Origin: a virus
Lineage: Duplodnaviria > Caudoviricetes
DNA: 64,000 bases
Virus record (IMG/VR): IMGVR_UViG_3300032219_002227
Location: 109,247 to 173,246 of that record
Strand: one strand, 5' to 3'
This document shows, piece by piece, positions 1 to 9,736 of this stretch. The first letter of the stretch is position 1. Each line of letters begins with the position of its first letter. The notes beneath the pieces are model-generated. The model did not search any database. It was given only the letters and a program-made list of their open reading frames with translations, and had not been told where the DNA came from. The translations under genes and the position numbers were made by a program.

Positions 1-2
1 AA

Positions 3-1292
3 GAACTTAAAAAAATTGTTATTGTAGGAGCGGGTGTAGCAGGTATTAATGCTGCTACTAAATTAGTTGATAATGGTTATCCTGGAGAACTAATTACTAT
101 TATAGACAAAGGAAATAATCCACATAATCGTTTACCTGAAGAAGTAATGACAGGTATGCTTGGTGCTGGTGGTTGGTCTGATGGTAAATTAACTCACCAC
201 ACAGCAATTGGAGGACAACTAAACAAATATTGTGGTGATGAGAAAGCAATGGAATTGATGGATCAAGTTATTTCTAATTTTAGACGCTTCCATCCAAAAC
301 CAGAAGAAATATTTATGTCTGATCCACAAAAAGAACCTGAATTTATTAAACCATATTTTGGTTTGAGAATGTTTCCTGTATGGCATATTGGTTCTAATTT
401 CTTACATGAGATTGCTAAATCATGGTATCAATATTTAGTTGATAAAGGTGTTAAATTTGAATGGAATACTGAAGTGAATAATATTGACTTTAAAAATAAT
501 TACATAATAGGAGTATATAATAATAAAAATTGTGACTATTATTATGATGAATTAATATTCGCAGTAGGCAAATCAGGTATTGATTTTGCTCAAAAACTAG
601 CAGATAATTACAAATTACCTAATGAACCTAAATCAGTACAAATTGGAGTTCGATTTGAAGCACCACAAAAATACTTTCAAAAATTAATTGATGTATCATA
701 TGATTTTAAATTATACCAAAAATTTGATAACGTTAGTTTACGTTCATTTTGTACTAATAATAATGCTGCCTATGTGGCTGTTGAAGAGACTTACGGAAAC
801 ATTAGCTATAACGGACATGCTAAAAAAGGTAAGGAATTTGAGAATCAAATGACTAACTTTGGTATCTTAATGGAAATTAAAGGTATTGAAGATCCATTTA
901 AATGGAGTAGAGATGTAGTTAAAAAACTTCAATCTAATAAAACAGGATTATACTATTCACCTTCTCGCACCCCAGCATTAACATCAGAAGGAATGACAGT
1001 ATCTTCTACTCAAATAGATAATTTATCTCCTGTAAGAAAAGCAATGGGTAAATATTTTAATTATATTGAAGATTTTATCAATGATATGAACAAAGTATTT
1101 AACTTTGGTGATGATTGGGGAATGTATATTCCTGAAGTAAAATATCTATCACCTGAACCATTAATTAATTATAATGACTTATCACTTACAGAATATACTA
1201 ATGTACATTTTGTAGGAGATGCACTTTCAGCTCGAGGTATTACAGTTAGTGGAGCTCAAGGTATTTATGTAGCAGAATCACTTTTAAAATAA
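3..1292 (+). CDS. FAD/NAD(P)-dependent oxidoreductase (5'-truncated by window edge)
   Basis: The frame of the 147..1292 ORF stays open to position 3 and reads ELKKIVIVGAGVAG (Rossmann GxGxxG). C-terminal FVGD...GI...G FAD-binding motif. Confidence 0.85.
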   Translation, partial: ELKKIVIVGAGVAGINAATKLVDNGYPGELITIIDKGNNPHNRLPEEVMTGMLGAGGWSDGKLTHHTAIGGQLNKYCGDEKAMELMDQVISNFRRFHPKPEEIFMSDPQKEPEFIKPYFGLRMFPVWHIGSNFLHEIAKSWYQYLVDKGVKFEWNTEVNNIDFKNNYIIGVYNNKNCDYYYDELIFAVGKSGIDFAQKLADNYKLPNEPKSVQIGVRFEAPQKYFQKLIDVSYDFKLYQKFDNVSLRSFCTNNNAAYVAVEETYGNISYNGHAKKGKEFENQMTNFGILMEIKGIEDPFKWSRDVVKKLQSNKTGLYYSPSRTPALTSEGMTVSSTQIDNLSPVRKAMGKYFNYIEDFINDMNKVFNFGDDWGMYIPEVKYLSPEPLINYNDLSLTEYTNVHFVGDALSARGITVSGAQGIYVAESLLK

Positions 1293-1300
1293 AATATATT

Positions 1301-1537
1301 ATGTCCGGAGTAAAAAAATTAAAAACAGCAGATGGTACAGTAGCTTATTATTTAGATAATAAACTTCATAATTGGGATGGTCCCGCTCTTATCCCACAAG
1401 GTAATAAACGTTTAGCAGAATATTATCTATTTGGGCTTAAAAAAACTAAAGAACAATGGGAAGACAGTAAAAAAGACAGTAACGGAGTTCCTTTCTATAA
1501 AACATCAGCAGGTAAAGCAGCAGGCGCTCGTGTATAA
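1301..1537 (+). CDS. Small protein with one LHxxDGPA repeat
   Basis: YYLDNKLHNWDGPALI..EYYLFG resembles the LHRxDGPA repeats of phage and giant-virus proteins. Confidence 0.6.
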   Translation: MSGVKKLKTADGTVAYYLDNKLHNWDGPALIPQGNKRLAEYYLFGLKKTKEQWEDSKKDSNGVPFYKTSAGKAAGARV

Positions 1538-1567
1538 TGGTCAAAATAAAAAATATATCTTTATTAC

Positions 1568-1780
1568 ATGAAAGATAGAAAATTCACTCGTGTATATGAA
1601 GACGATGAAACTATAGAAACATGGATCTTTGATTTAGATAAATTCGACAAAGGTCCTATTTCTGTTGATATTAAATACAAAGCAGGGGCAGAAAAAAAAA
1701 TAAAAGCACGTGCTAAAGATAATAAACAAGTTAAAAAAATAGCACGGCAAATGAAAAAAATAAATAATAAAAATAAATGA
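1568..1780 (+). CDS. Hypothetical protein with basic C-terminus
   Basis: 70 aa ORF, tightly packed, overlaps the next start (ATGA). Confidence 0.6.
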   Translation: MKDRKFTRVYEDDETIETWIFDLDKFDKGPISVDIKYKAGAEKKIKARAKDNKQVKKIARQMKKINNKNK

Positions 1781-2295
1781 GAATAGGATTAGCAGGTACA
1801 ATGAGTGTAGGTAAAACTACATTAGCTAAAGTATTAGGTGAATTAGAACAATTTAAAGATTATACTATACAAACTGAACGTAGTAAATATTTAAATAGTT
1901 TAGGTATTCCACTTAATACTGATTCTACATTACGTGGTCAATTCGTATTTCTAGCTGAACGTGCTAGTGAATTACTTGCTGATAATATTGTTACTGACAG
2001 AACAATTTGGGATGTATGTTCATTTACATTATCAGCAAAATCAATAAGTGATTCTGAAAAGCGCGCTTTTGTCGAAGCAGCTATGTATCTTAGAGAATAT
2101 TATGATGTAGTGATTTATGTTTCTCCTAATGGTGTTAATATGGAAGATAATGGTATTCGTGAAACTGATTTAGATTATCGCATGAAAATTGATACTGCTA
2201 TTCAAATGGCATTAGAAGAATTTAAACCTAAAAAATTAATTAGTGTAGAGGGCTCAACTGAGCAAAGAATAAATACTATATTAGCAAATATTTAA
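1777..2295 (+). CDS. P-loop NTPase / nucleotide kinase (AAA_28/NadR-like)
   Basis: N-terminal GTMSVGKTT Walker A, VTDRT motif, DNGIRE lid. Confidence 0.75.
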   Translation: MRIGLAGTMSVGKTTLAKVLGELEQFKDYTIQTERSKYLNSLGIPLNTDSTLRGQFVFLAERASELLADNIVTDRTIWDVCSFTLSAKSISDSEKRAFVEAAMYLREYYDVVIYVSPNGVNMEDNGIRETDLDYRMKIDTAIQMALEEFKPKKLISVEGSTEQRINTILANI

Positions 2296-2300
2296 AAGTT

Positions 2301-3470
2301 ATGGATATAATAAATGATATAAGCAAAGTTGCAAAACAACTTATGTTAAAGGAACCTTTTTACGGAGTTTTTCTCTCAACATTAAACAAAAAAGTAGGTA
2401 CGACTACTCCTACCGCTGGTGTTTGTTTAAATAACATTAATTATGAATTAATTGTTAATGAAGAGTTTTGGAACTCATTAGATAATGATAATAAAAAAAT
2501 AGGATTACTTAAGCATGAATTATTACATATTTGTTTTAATCATTTGATTGATCGAGAAAATTATCCCGATCATATTTTACATAATATTGCTGCTGATATT
2601 GAAATAAATCAATATATAGACCCACAATATTATCCAACAGATCAACTTCTTCTCCCATCATCATTTCCAGAATTAAGTTTACCTGATAAAATGGGTACTA
2701 AATTCTATTATGATGCTTTAAATAAAGCTAAACAAGATGGTAGTAGCCCAACATTAGATGGTATGCTAGATGATGATTTTCATTCAACTTGGGGAGAATT
2801 TGAATCATTATCTGAAGCAGATAAAAAATTAGTTAAAGCTCAAATCGACCATCAAATAAAAAGTATAGTAGAGTCTCAAAAAGATAGTGGTAGAGGTTTT
2901 GTACCGAATGAATTAAAAAATTATATTGATGGTTTATTTGAAATAATACCACCATCATATGATTGGAGATCATATTTTAGAAGATTCTTTAGTTCATCCT
3001 CTAAAGTATATACTAAAAAAACACGCCGTAAATTAAATAAACGTTTCCAAGAAAACCCAGCATTAAAAATAAAGCCAAAAAAGAAAGTATTAGTTGGGAT
3101 AGATACTTCAGGATCAGTTGGTGAAAATGATATAAAGGAATTCTTTAATGAATTACATCACATGCATAAAACAGGAGTATCAATTAATGTAGCAGAAGGG
3201 GATGCAAAAGTTCATAAAGTATATGAATACAGAGGAATGACTCCTGAATATATTACAGGTAGAGGTGGTACAAATATGGATGTTTTTATAGACTATATAA
3301 ATGAACATCGTGAATATAATAGTTTAATAATATTAACTGATGGATTTATAGGTAAAAGAGAATCCAAATCATTCAAACCAGTATTAACTGTAGTAAGTTC
3401 TAATGGTGAAAAATTAGAAACAGTAGTAGAAAATGAATGGGGAAATGTTATCAAGATAAATAAAAAATAA
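2301..3470 (+). CDS. HExxH metallopeptidase-like + vWA domain protein (DUF2201-type)
   Basis: LKHELLH, NIAADIEINQ, MIDAS motif IDTSGS, GRGGT, ILTDG. Confidence 0.85.
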   Translation: MDIINDISKVAKQLMLKEPFYGVFLSTLNKKVGTTTPTAGVCLNNINYELIVNEEFWNSLDNDNKKIGLLKHELLHICFNHLIDRENYPDHILHNIAADIEINQYIDPQYYPTDQLLLPSSFPELSLPDKMGTKFYYDALNKAKQDGSSPTLDGMLDDDFHSTWGEFESLSEADKKLVKAQIDHQIKSIVESQKDSGRGFVPNELKNYIDGLFEIIPPSYDWRSYFRRFFSSSSKVYTKKTRRKLNKRFQENPALKIKPKKKVLVGIDTSGSVGENDIKEFFNELHHMHKTGVSINVAEGDAKVHKVYEYRGMTPEYITGRGGTNMDVFIDYINEHREYNSLIILTDGFIGKRESKSFKPVLTVVSSNGEKLETVVENEWGNVIKINKK

Positions 3471-3518
3471 GGCGGTCGAGACTCTTATTTTAAATTTAAA
3501 TCATTAAAAAATTAAGTT

Positions 3519-4703
3519 ATGTCAAATAAAACAAAACAGGTTTCGCTCAACGTTAATGAAACAAAAACGTTTCTTAAACACATTATTAACAATAATCGTT
3601 TTCTACAATCTAATAGTAAACCACCAGTTGCTGTTGAAGTAGTAGGAGATTCAGGTATTGGTAAAACATCAACTATTATTCAATTAGCAAATGAATTGGA
3701 TCTTAACTTTGTTAAACTAAATCTTGCTCAAATTGAAGAACTAGGTGACTTGGTTGGTTTTCCAATTCGTCAATTTGAAGTATGTAAAGATACAAATGAT
3801 TGTATTTGGATTGATGAACATGCTGTAGACGAATATACAAAACAAGGATATAGATTTACTGGTCAAAATCGTATGAGTTATTGTCCACCTGAATGGATTA
3901 GTGGTAAATCAAATGGTGGTATATTGTTATTAGATGACTGGAATCGCGCTGATGTTAGGTTTATTCAAGCTGTAATGGAACTAATAGATAGACAACAATA
4001 TATTAGTTGGTCTCTACCTAAAGATTGGCATATTATTCTTACAAGTAATCCTGATAATGGTGAATATTTAGTTAATAGTATAGATAACGCCCAAAAAACA
4101 CGATTTATATCTATTAATCTTAAATTTGATATTAATTGTTGGGGTGAATGGGCTGAGAATAGTCAAATAGATAATAGATGTATTAATTTTCTTCTTAGAC
4201 ATCCCGAATTAGTTAGTACAAATACTAATTCTAGAAGTATTACAACATTTTTTAATTCAATATCTTCATTATCTTCATTTGATTCTGAACTAGGTCTTAT
4301 TCAAATGATCGGAGAAGGTAGTGTCGGACCTGAATTCACTACTATGTTTACAATGTTTATCAATAATAAACTTGATAAAATTATATCTCCAGAGACTATT
4401 ATGACACACGAAAGTTTAGATTATATTATTAATACCTTAAAAGGAATTATAGGTAAAGATAAAGAATATCGTGCAGATCTAGCATCTATTATTTCAACTC
4501 GTATTATAAACTTTAGTTTGTTTTTTGCTAAAAATAATAAAATTGAAAAAAGTTTTATAGATAGATTAGCATCACTTATTAATGAAGAATTGTTTGCTGT
4601 AGATTTGAAATATAATATTGTCAAATCAATTTATAATGGTAATCAATCCTCGTTTAAAAGTTTGACTTTAAATAAAACACTTCTTAATTTTATAATTAAA
4701 TAA
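3519..4703 (+). CDS. MoxR-like AAA+ ATPase
   Basis: Walker A GDSGIGKT, Walker B LLLDD, TSNP sensor; adjacent to the vWA gene. Confidence 0.85.
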   Translation: MSNKTKQVSLNVNETKTFLKHIINNNRFLQSNSKPPVAVEVVGDSGIGKTSTIIQLANELDLNFVKLNLAQIEELGDLVGFPIRQFEVCKDTNDCIWIDEHAVDEYTKQGYRFTGQNRMSYCPPEWISGKSNGGILLLDDWNRADVRFIQAVMELIDRQQYISWSLPKDWHIILTSNPDNGEYLVNSIDNAQKTRFISINLKFDINCWGEWAENSQIDNRCINFLLRHPELVSTNTNSRSITTFFNSISSLSSFDSELGLIQMIGEGSVGPEFTTMFTMFINNKLDKIISPETIMTHESLDYIINTLKGIIGKDKEYRADLASIISTRIINFSLFFAKNNKIEKSFIDRLASLINEELFAVDLKYNIVKSIYNGNQSSFKSLTLNKTLLNFIIK

Positions 4704-4711
4704 TAAAGGTT

Positions 4712-5719
4712 ATGTATAAAGAAATAACTAGTATAGTACAATCAAATTATGGTATAAACAGTAATATTACTAAAACTATAAGTCCTAGTACTTCTTGGAG
4801 AGCGGTGAGTAGTCTAAAGTATATTACTAGAGAAATGATTGAAAAGTATAAAAATATATACCAAAAAAACGCAAATAATAAATTACAAAATAATTCTACA
4901 GTACATTTTAGTCCATTATCTAACTTACCTCGATACAAATATAATAATTATATTGAAGAGAATAAATTAAATATTAAAAAAGTAAGAACTAAAGATAAAA
5001 TAGATTCTTTAATAATTAGTAATACTCTAATAAATGAATATTATTTTAGTAATATAAATACTAGAAAATACTATCTAGTACCACTATCATTATTAAGTAT
5101 AAAAGAAAGTGAAAGAATTACTTCTTATTTTGTTAGAGAAGATCGAGTAGAAGAAGTTAAACAAGTTTCACCTCCATTGTATCAACAGCTAATTGAATGT
5201 CCTTCATTTACAGGAAGTATTATTGCTGATGGTTGGGGTACTACTCAAGGTTATGCATTATTTGAATATTTTTCAACTCTTATTAATAACTATGATTTAT
5301 CATCTTACAATATAATTTTTGATGAATCTATTAATAAAGAAATTAATCAAGGTTTAGTTATAGATATTGATACTTTTGACACACTATATAATATGCTGGC
5401 TAGTACTAATAAAGATAATTGGTCTTTAGCTTTAGAAATGATTGCTAATTGTGATATTGAAGCTTCAAAACCTTATATATTATATTTAATATGGAATTTT
5501 GATTATTTGAAAAAGTTCAATAATAATAATAATTATAAATTTTGTTTAAAACTTTTAGATAAATATAGAAATATATATCATTCATCAACAATTGAAAAAT
5601 TTATATCAAATCTAATCATAGTCAACCCAGAATTTAAACAAGATATATTTAATTGTTTTAAAATGCATATAAATGCGATAAATAAAAAGAATATTATACA
5701 GGAAATCAATGTTCTTTAA
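4712..5719 (+). CDS. Hypothetical protein (very AT-rich), possible partner of the MoxR/vWA pair
   Basis: 335 aa ORF starting 8 nt after the AAA gene. Confidence 0.6.
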   Translation: MYKEITSIVQSNYGINSNITKTISPSTSWRAVSSLKYITREMIEKYKNIYQKNANNKLQNNSTVHFSPLSNLPRYKYNNYIEENKLNIKKVRTKDKIDSLIISNTLINEYYFSNINTRKYYLVPLSLLSIKESERITSYFVREDRVEEVKQVSPPLYQQLIECPSFTGSIIADGWGTTQGYALFEYFSTLINNYDLSSYNIIFDESINKEINQGLVIDIDTFDTLYNMLASTNKDNWSLALEMIANCDIEASKPYILYLIWNFDYLKKFNNNNNYKFCLKLLDKYRNIYHSSTIEKFISNLIIVNPEFKQDIFNCFKMHINAINKKNIIQEINVL

Positions 5720-5730
5720 TATTTATTTAC

Positions 5731-6198
5731 ATGAGCAAACCAAAAACCATAGTTCTATTAAGTTGTGTTGCAACAAAATTACCAAAACCAGCACCAGCTC
5801 GTGAACTTTATGCATCACCTTTATTTAAACGTTCATTAGAATATGCATTATCGTTAAATCCTGATGATATTTTAATATTATCTGCTAAATATTATGTGAT
5901 TCCTTTAGACAAAGTAATTTCACCTTATGATAAGACATTGATAAACATGCCTAAAGAAGAAGTGAATGAGTGGGGTGTTAAAGTTTTAAATATTTTAGCT
6001 AATAAGTACGACTTAGAACATGATAAATTCATAATTTTAGCCGGAGAAAAATACAGAAAATATATTACTCCTCAAATAAAACATTGGACTGCTCCATTAA
6101 AAGGATTAAGAATTGGAGAACAGTTATCATGGTATGTTAAAAAACTAGCTAAAAAAGTGAAAGAGGGCTTTATTAAATTATTAAATTTATTAAAATAA
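5731..6198 (+). CDS. DUF6884-like protein
   Basis: LLSCVATK..PARELYASPLF, ILSAKY, PYDKTL, ILAGEKY and GLRIGEQLSW motifs. Confidence 0.65.
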   Translation: MSKPKTIVLLSCVATKLPKPAPARELYASPLFKRSLEYALSLNPDDILILSAKYYVIPLDKVISPYDKTLINMPKEEVNEWGVKVLNILANKYDLEHDKFIILAGEKYRKYITPQIKHWTAPLKGLRIGEQLSWYVKKLAKKVKEGFIKLLNLLK

Positions 6199-6437
6199 TG
6201 TCAAAACTAAATAAAATAATTGAACGCTATAAAGATGATGCAGATCATTTTGATGATTTTGATGATTCAATTATAGGTGAAGTACTAGATAAATTAAATG
6301 AATCTTTATCAGTGTTAAAAGAAAACGATAACGCTGGCTATGCCCGTGCTATAAAAGAATATACAAATTCTCTTAATGGGGAGCGTAAAGAAGTTATGGA
6401 AGATTTTATAGAATATTCTAAACATTATAATAAATGA
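6198..6437 (+). CDS. Hypothetical acidic protein
   Basis: 79 aa ORF, overlapping both neighbours (translational coupling). Confidence 0.6.
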   Translation: MSKLNKIIERYKDDADHFDDFDDSIIGEVLDKLNESLSVLKENDNAGYARAIKEYTNSLNGERKEVMEDFIEYSKHYNK

Positions 6438-7384
6438 AAAAATTACAACTCCAAAATTTAATTAAAGAAGCAATCCAAGAAATATTAGGTGAAAATTTAA
6501 AACAAGATGCTAGACAAAAGAAGTTAGTAGCTATTGATGCTGAAATTAAAGCACTCCAAGGTGATAAAGTAAATATTACTACTGGCAAAGACGATATAGG
6601 AGAATCTCGTGGTCCTATTAAATTCAAACTAGCTGATGATTACGAAAATAAAATATCAGAATTACCATACAATAGCTCTGAAAAGAGAATGAGATGGGTC
6701 AACGGTATTGTTGATTATGTAGAGGAAAATGGAGCAGACGATATTACCACTATCGCTAGAAAAAAGTTTAATGTTCCTCAACCACGCATAGCTGACTATG
6801 CTAGGGATATGATTAGACTTGGAATTCTAGTTCCTGAAACTGAAGGAGTAACACCTCAATTTATGAGACCTAGAGGTGAAGAAGACGAAGAATCACAAGC
6901 AGACCTAGGCCCAGAAGGTGGTATAGAAGGAAATATGAGTGATGAAGAAGTTGATGCTTCATTTGCAAAAACAATGGCTAGTCAAAATGATGACTTTATT
7001 GATCTTCAAGCTACTCAAAGAGCAGCAGGCAGTAGACAATCTGCAGCTAAGACTTCTTCTATGTCAGATGAAGAACGTAAAGCTTGGATGCGTTATCAAG
7101 ACTTAGAAACACGCTTAAGAGGAGTTGCCAGTAACTTAAATAGAGGATCTCGTAGTAAAAATAAACCAAGTGGTGATGATATTCAAGGTGGAGGTTCGCT
7201 ATATAATATACCAAGTTTGAAAGATCTTCAAACCAGGATAAAAGATGAAATGACAGCTATTGCTTCTAAATTTCCATCAGTTGTAAAAGGTGATAAAGAT
7301 TCTAAAAATGAAGCTTCAAAAGCAGAACCATTAGATGAATGGACAATTAATAGAATGCAGTATTATGCTGGTATTAAAAAATAA
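6434..7384 (+). CDS. Putative internal head protein
   Basis: N-terminal LIKEAIQEILGE; C-terminal RMQYYAGIKK resembles the scaffold end RWKMLAGITKF. Confidence 0.5.
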   Translation: MKKLQLQNLIKEAIQEILGENLKQDARQKKLVAIDAEIKALQGDKVNITTGKDDIGESRGPIKFKLADDYENKISELPYNSSEKRMRWVNGIVDYVEENGADDITTIARKKFNVPQPRIADYARDMIRLGILVPETEGVTPQFMRPRGEEDEESQADLGPEGGIEGNMSDEEVDASFAKTMASQNDDFIDLQATQRAAGSRQSAAKTSSMSDEERKAWMRYQDLETRLRGVASNLNRGSRSKNKPSGDDIQGGGSLYNIPSLKDLQTRIKDEMTAIASKFPSVVKGDKDSKNEASKAEPLDEWTINRMQYYAGIKK

Positions 7385-7387
7385 TTT

Positions 7388-8059
7388 ATGAAAAATTTAG
7401 CGTTTGTTTTAGTTATAGTAATTTTGTTAGCTTGGGTTTTTGTAGGCAAATGTAATTATAATGGTTTAAGTTCTGAATTTAAAGCAAAACAAGATAGTTT
7501 AAATCATACTGTGGATTCTTTAAAAGAAGATAATCATCAAAAAGACTTACAAATAGGTGCTTTAGAACATCTTGATTATGATTTACAATATCAATTAGAT
7601 CATCAAAAAACTAAAGTAATTACTATTACTAAATGGATTGATTCATCTAAAGGTAAAGTTGATACTTATTCTGAAGCAGAACTTATTACTTCATTTAATA
7701 ATCGCTACCCAGAAGACACTATTACTAATCCACTTCCATTAGCACAACCCTTATTAGTTAATGTTGCTAAAGATTTGATTGAATTAGATGGTGCTAAACA
7801 AACATTAGTAGTAAAAGATAGTGTTATAGTCTTAAATGAAAAAAGAATAGTAGGTAAAGATAGTGTTATAGTACTATTAAAAGAAAAAGATACTAATAAC
7901 CAAGTAGTAATAACAGCACGCGAAAATCAAATCAAAGACTGGCAAGACCAATACAAACAAATTGAACTCCAGAATAAAAAACTTAAAATACAAAATAAAT
8001 TTACTAAAATAGGAACTGGAATTGTGATAGGAGGATTAGTATTTTTATTGATTAAGTAA
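7388..8059 (+). CDS. Membrane-anchored coiled-coil protein, spanin-like
   Basis: N-terminal hydrophobic segment ending in Cys22, coiled-coil body, C-terminal hydrophobic helix GTGIVIGGLVFLLIK. Confidence 0.5.
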   Translation: MKNLAFVLVIVILLAWVFVGKCNYNGLSSEFKAKQDSLNHTVDSLKEDNHQKDLQIGALEHLDYDLQYQLDHQKTKVITITKWIDSSKGKVDTYSEAELITSFNNRYPEDTITNPLPLAQPLLVNVAKDLIELDGAKQTLVVKDSVIVLNEKRIVGKDSVIVLLKEKDTNNQVVITARENQIKDWQDQYKQIELQNKKLKIQNKFTKIGTGIVIGGLVFLLIK

Positions 8060-8081
8060 CCTTTTGCATACCCCATACATC

Positions 8082-8110
8082 AGCCTGATCGATAAGATCA
8101 GGCTTTTTTT
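8082..8110 (+). terminator. Rho-independent terminator
   Basis: AGCCTGATC-gataa-GATCAGGCT stem followed by a T run. Confidence 0.85.
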
Positions 8111-8112
8111 AT

Positions 8113-8120
8113 ATATTTAT
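8113..8120 (+). promoter_or_regulatory. Late promoter box ATATTTAT (terminase)
   Basis: Recurrent intergenic octamer, directly after a terminator. Confidence 0.7.
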
Positions 8121-8124
8121 ATAC

Positions 8125-9705
8125 ATGAGTCAAACGCAAATCAAGGAAATAATTAAGCAGGAATATTTAAAGTGTGCAGTTGATCCTGTACATTTTTTCC
8201 GCAAATATTGTTATATTAACCATCCAATCAAAGGAAGAGTATTATTTCATCTATATCCATTTCAGCAAGAAGTATTAAATGATTTTAGAAATAATCGTTT
8301 TTGTATTATTAATAAATCAAGACAGTTAGGTATATCAACGTTAGTAGCTGGTTTTTCTTTATGGATGATGTTATTTCAAAAAGATAAAACAATACTTTGT
8401 ATTGCAACAAAGCAAGAAACAGCTAGAGGAATGGTTGAGAAAGTACAATTTATGTATGAAAATCTTCCTAGCTGGTTAAAAGGTAATCAAAAACCTATAT
8501 CAAATAACAAATTATCATTTAAGTTAGCTAATAATTCTCAAATAGTAGCTACATCAGCAGCATCAGATGCAGGTAGATCTTACGCAGTATCTTTACTATT
8601 GATGGATGAGGCTGCATTTATTGAAGGTGTAGATAGAATCTATACGAGTATTAAACCAACAATTGCAACCGGTGGAGGAGCAATTGCATTATCTTCTCCA
8701 AACGGTGTAGGTAATTGGTTTCATAGAATGTATTCTGAAGCTAAAATAGGTAAAAATGACTTTAAAGCAATTAAGTTGCCTTGGAGTCTCCACCCAGACC
8801 GAGATGAAGCTTGGGAGCAAAGAGAAAGAGCAAACATGTCACCTAGAGAATTCGCTCAGGAGTATGATTGTGACTTTTTAGGTTCTGGTAATTCGGTAGT
8901 TGAACCTGATTTATTATTATTCTATGAAGAAACTTATATTCAAGAGCCTGTGGAACGTCGTTTTATGGGCGGTGATTTTTGGATATGGCAGTATCCTGAT
9001 TATAGTAAGCAGTATCTTGTTTGCGCTGACGTTGCTCGTGGTGATGGCAGCGATTATTCTGCATTTCACGTTATTGATGCAACAACGTGTGAGCAAGTGG
9101 CTGAGTACAAGTCCCAAGTGGATACTCGTACTTATGGAAATATGCTGGTATCTGTTGCTGCTGAGTATAATAATGCCTTACTGGTTGTGGAAAACGCAAA
9201 CGTTGGGTGGGATGTTGTTAATACCATAATAGAAAAAAATTATCCTAAATTATATTATTCACCTCGTGCTTATGGTGAAATGAGTATGGATAAATGGTTA
9301 GATAAAATGGATAAAGAACAAACAGTTCCTGGTTTTACTACATCAACTAAAACAAGACCTCTTGTTATCTCTAAAATGGAGTCGTATATTCGAGAGAAGG
9401 CTTTTATATTTCGTTCTAAACGTTTATTAGAGGAATTACGAGTATTTATCTGGCAAAACGGAAAAGCACAAGCACAGAATGGATATAACGATGATTTAGT
9501 AATGTCATTAGGAATTGGTTTATTTACTAGAGATACAGCAATGAAATTCTACGAACAAGGAATGGATTTATCTAGAAATATGCTAGCTAGTGTTACTAAA
9601 ACAGGCTATGTAGCCGGTCCAACTGCACCTTCAGGAATTTTAAATCCATATATGATCAATGATGGACATGGGGGGTTTGAAGACATATCGTGGGTGCTAA
9701 GTTAA
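8125..9705 (+). CDS. gp17: Terminase large subunit (T4 gp17-like)
   Basis: KSRQLGIST Walker A variant, LMDEAAF Walker B, SSPNG, FAQEYDC, ADVARGDGSDYS and NDDLVM nuclease motifs. Confidence 0.95.
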   Translation: MSQTQIKEIIKQEYLKCAVDPVHFFRKYCYINHPIKGRVLFHLYPFQQEVLNDFRNNRFCIINKSRQLGISTLVAGFSLWMMLFQKDKTILCIATKQETARGMVEKVQFMYENLPSWLKGNQKPISNNKLSFKLANNSQIVATSAASDAGRSYAVSLLLMDEAAFIEGVDRIYTSIKPTIATGGGAIALSSPNGVGNWFHRMYSEAKIGKNDFKAIKLPWSLHPDRDEAWEQRERANMSPREFAQEYDCDFLGSGNSVVEPDLLLFYEETYIQEPVERRFMGGDFWIWQYPDYSKQYLVCADVARGDGSDYSAFHVIDATTCEQVAEYKSQVDTRTYGNMLVSVAAEYNNALLVVENANVGWDVVNTIIEKNYPKLYYSPRAYGEMSMDKWLDKMDKEQTVPGFTTSTKTRPLVISKMESYIREKAFIFRSKRLLEELRVFIWQNGKAQAQNGYNDDLVMSLGIGLFTRDTAMKFYEQGMDLSRNMLASVTKTGYVAGPTAPSGILNPYMINDGHGGFEDISWVLS

Positions 9706-9736
9706 CAAATATTTATACATATAAACAACAATTATA

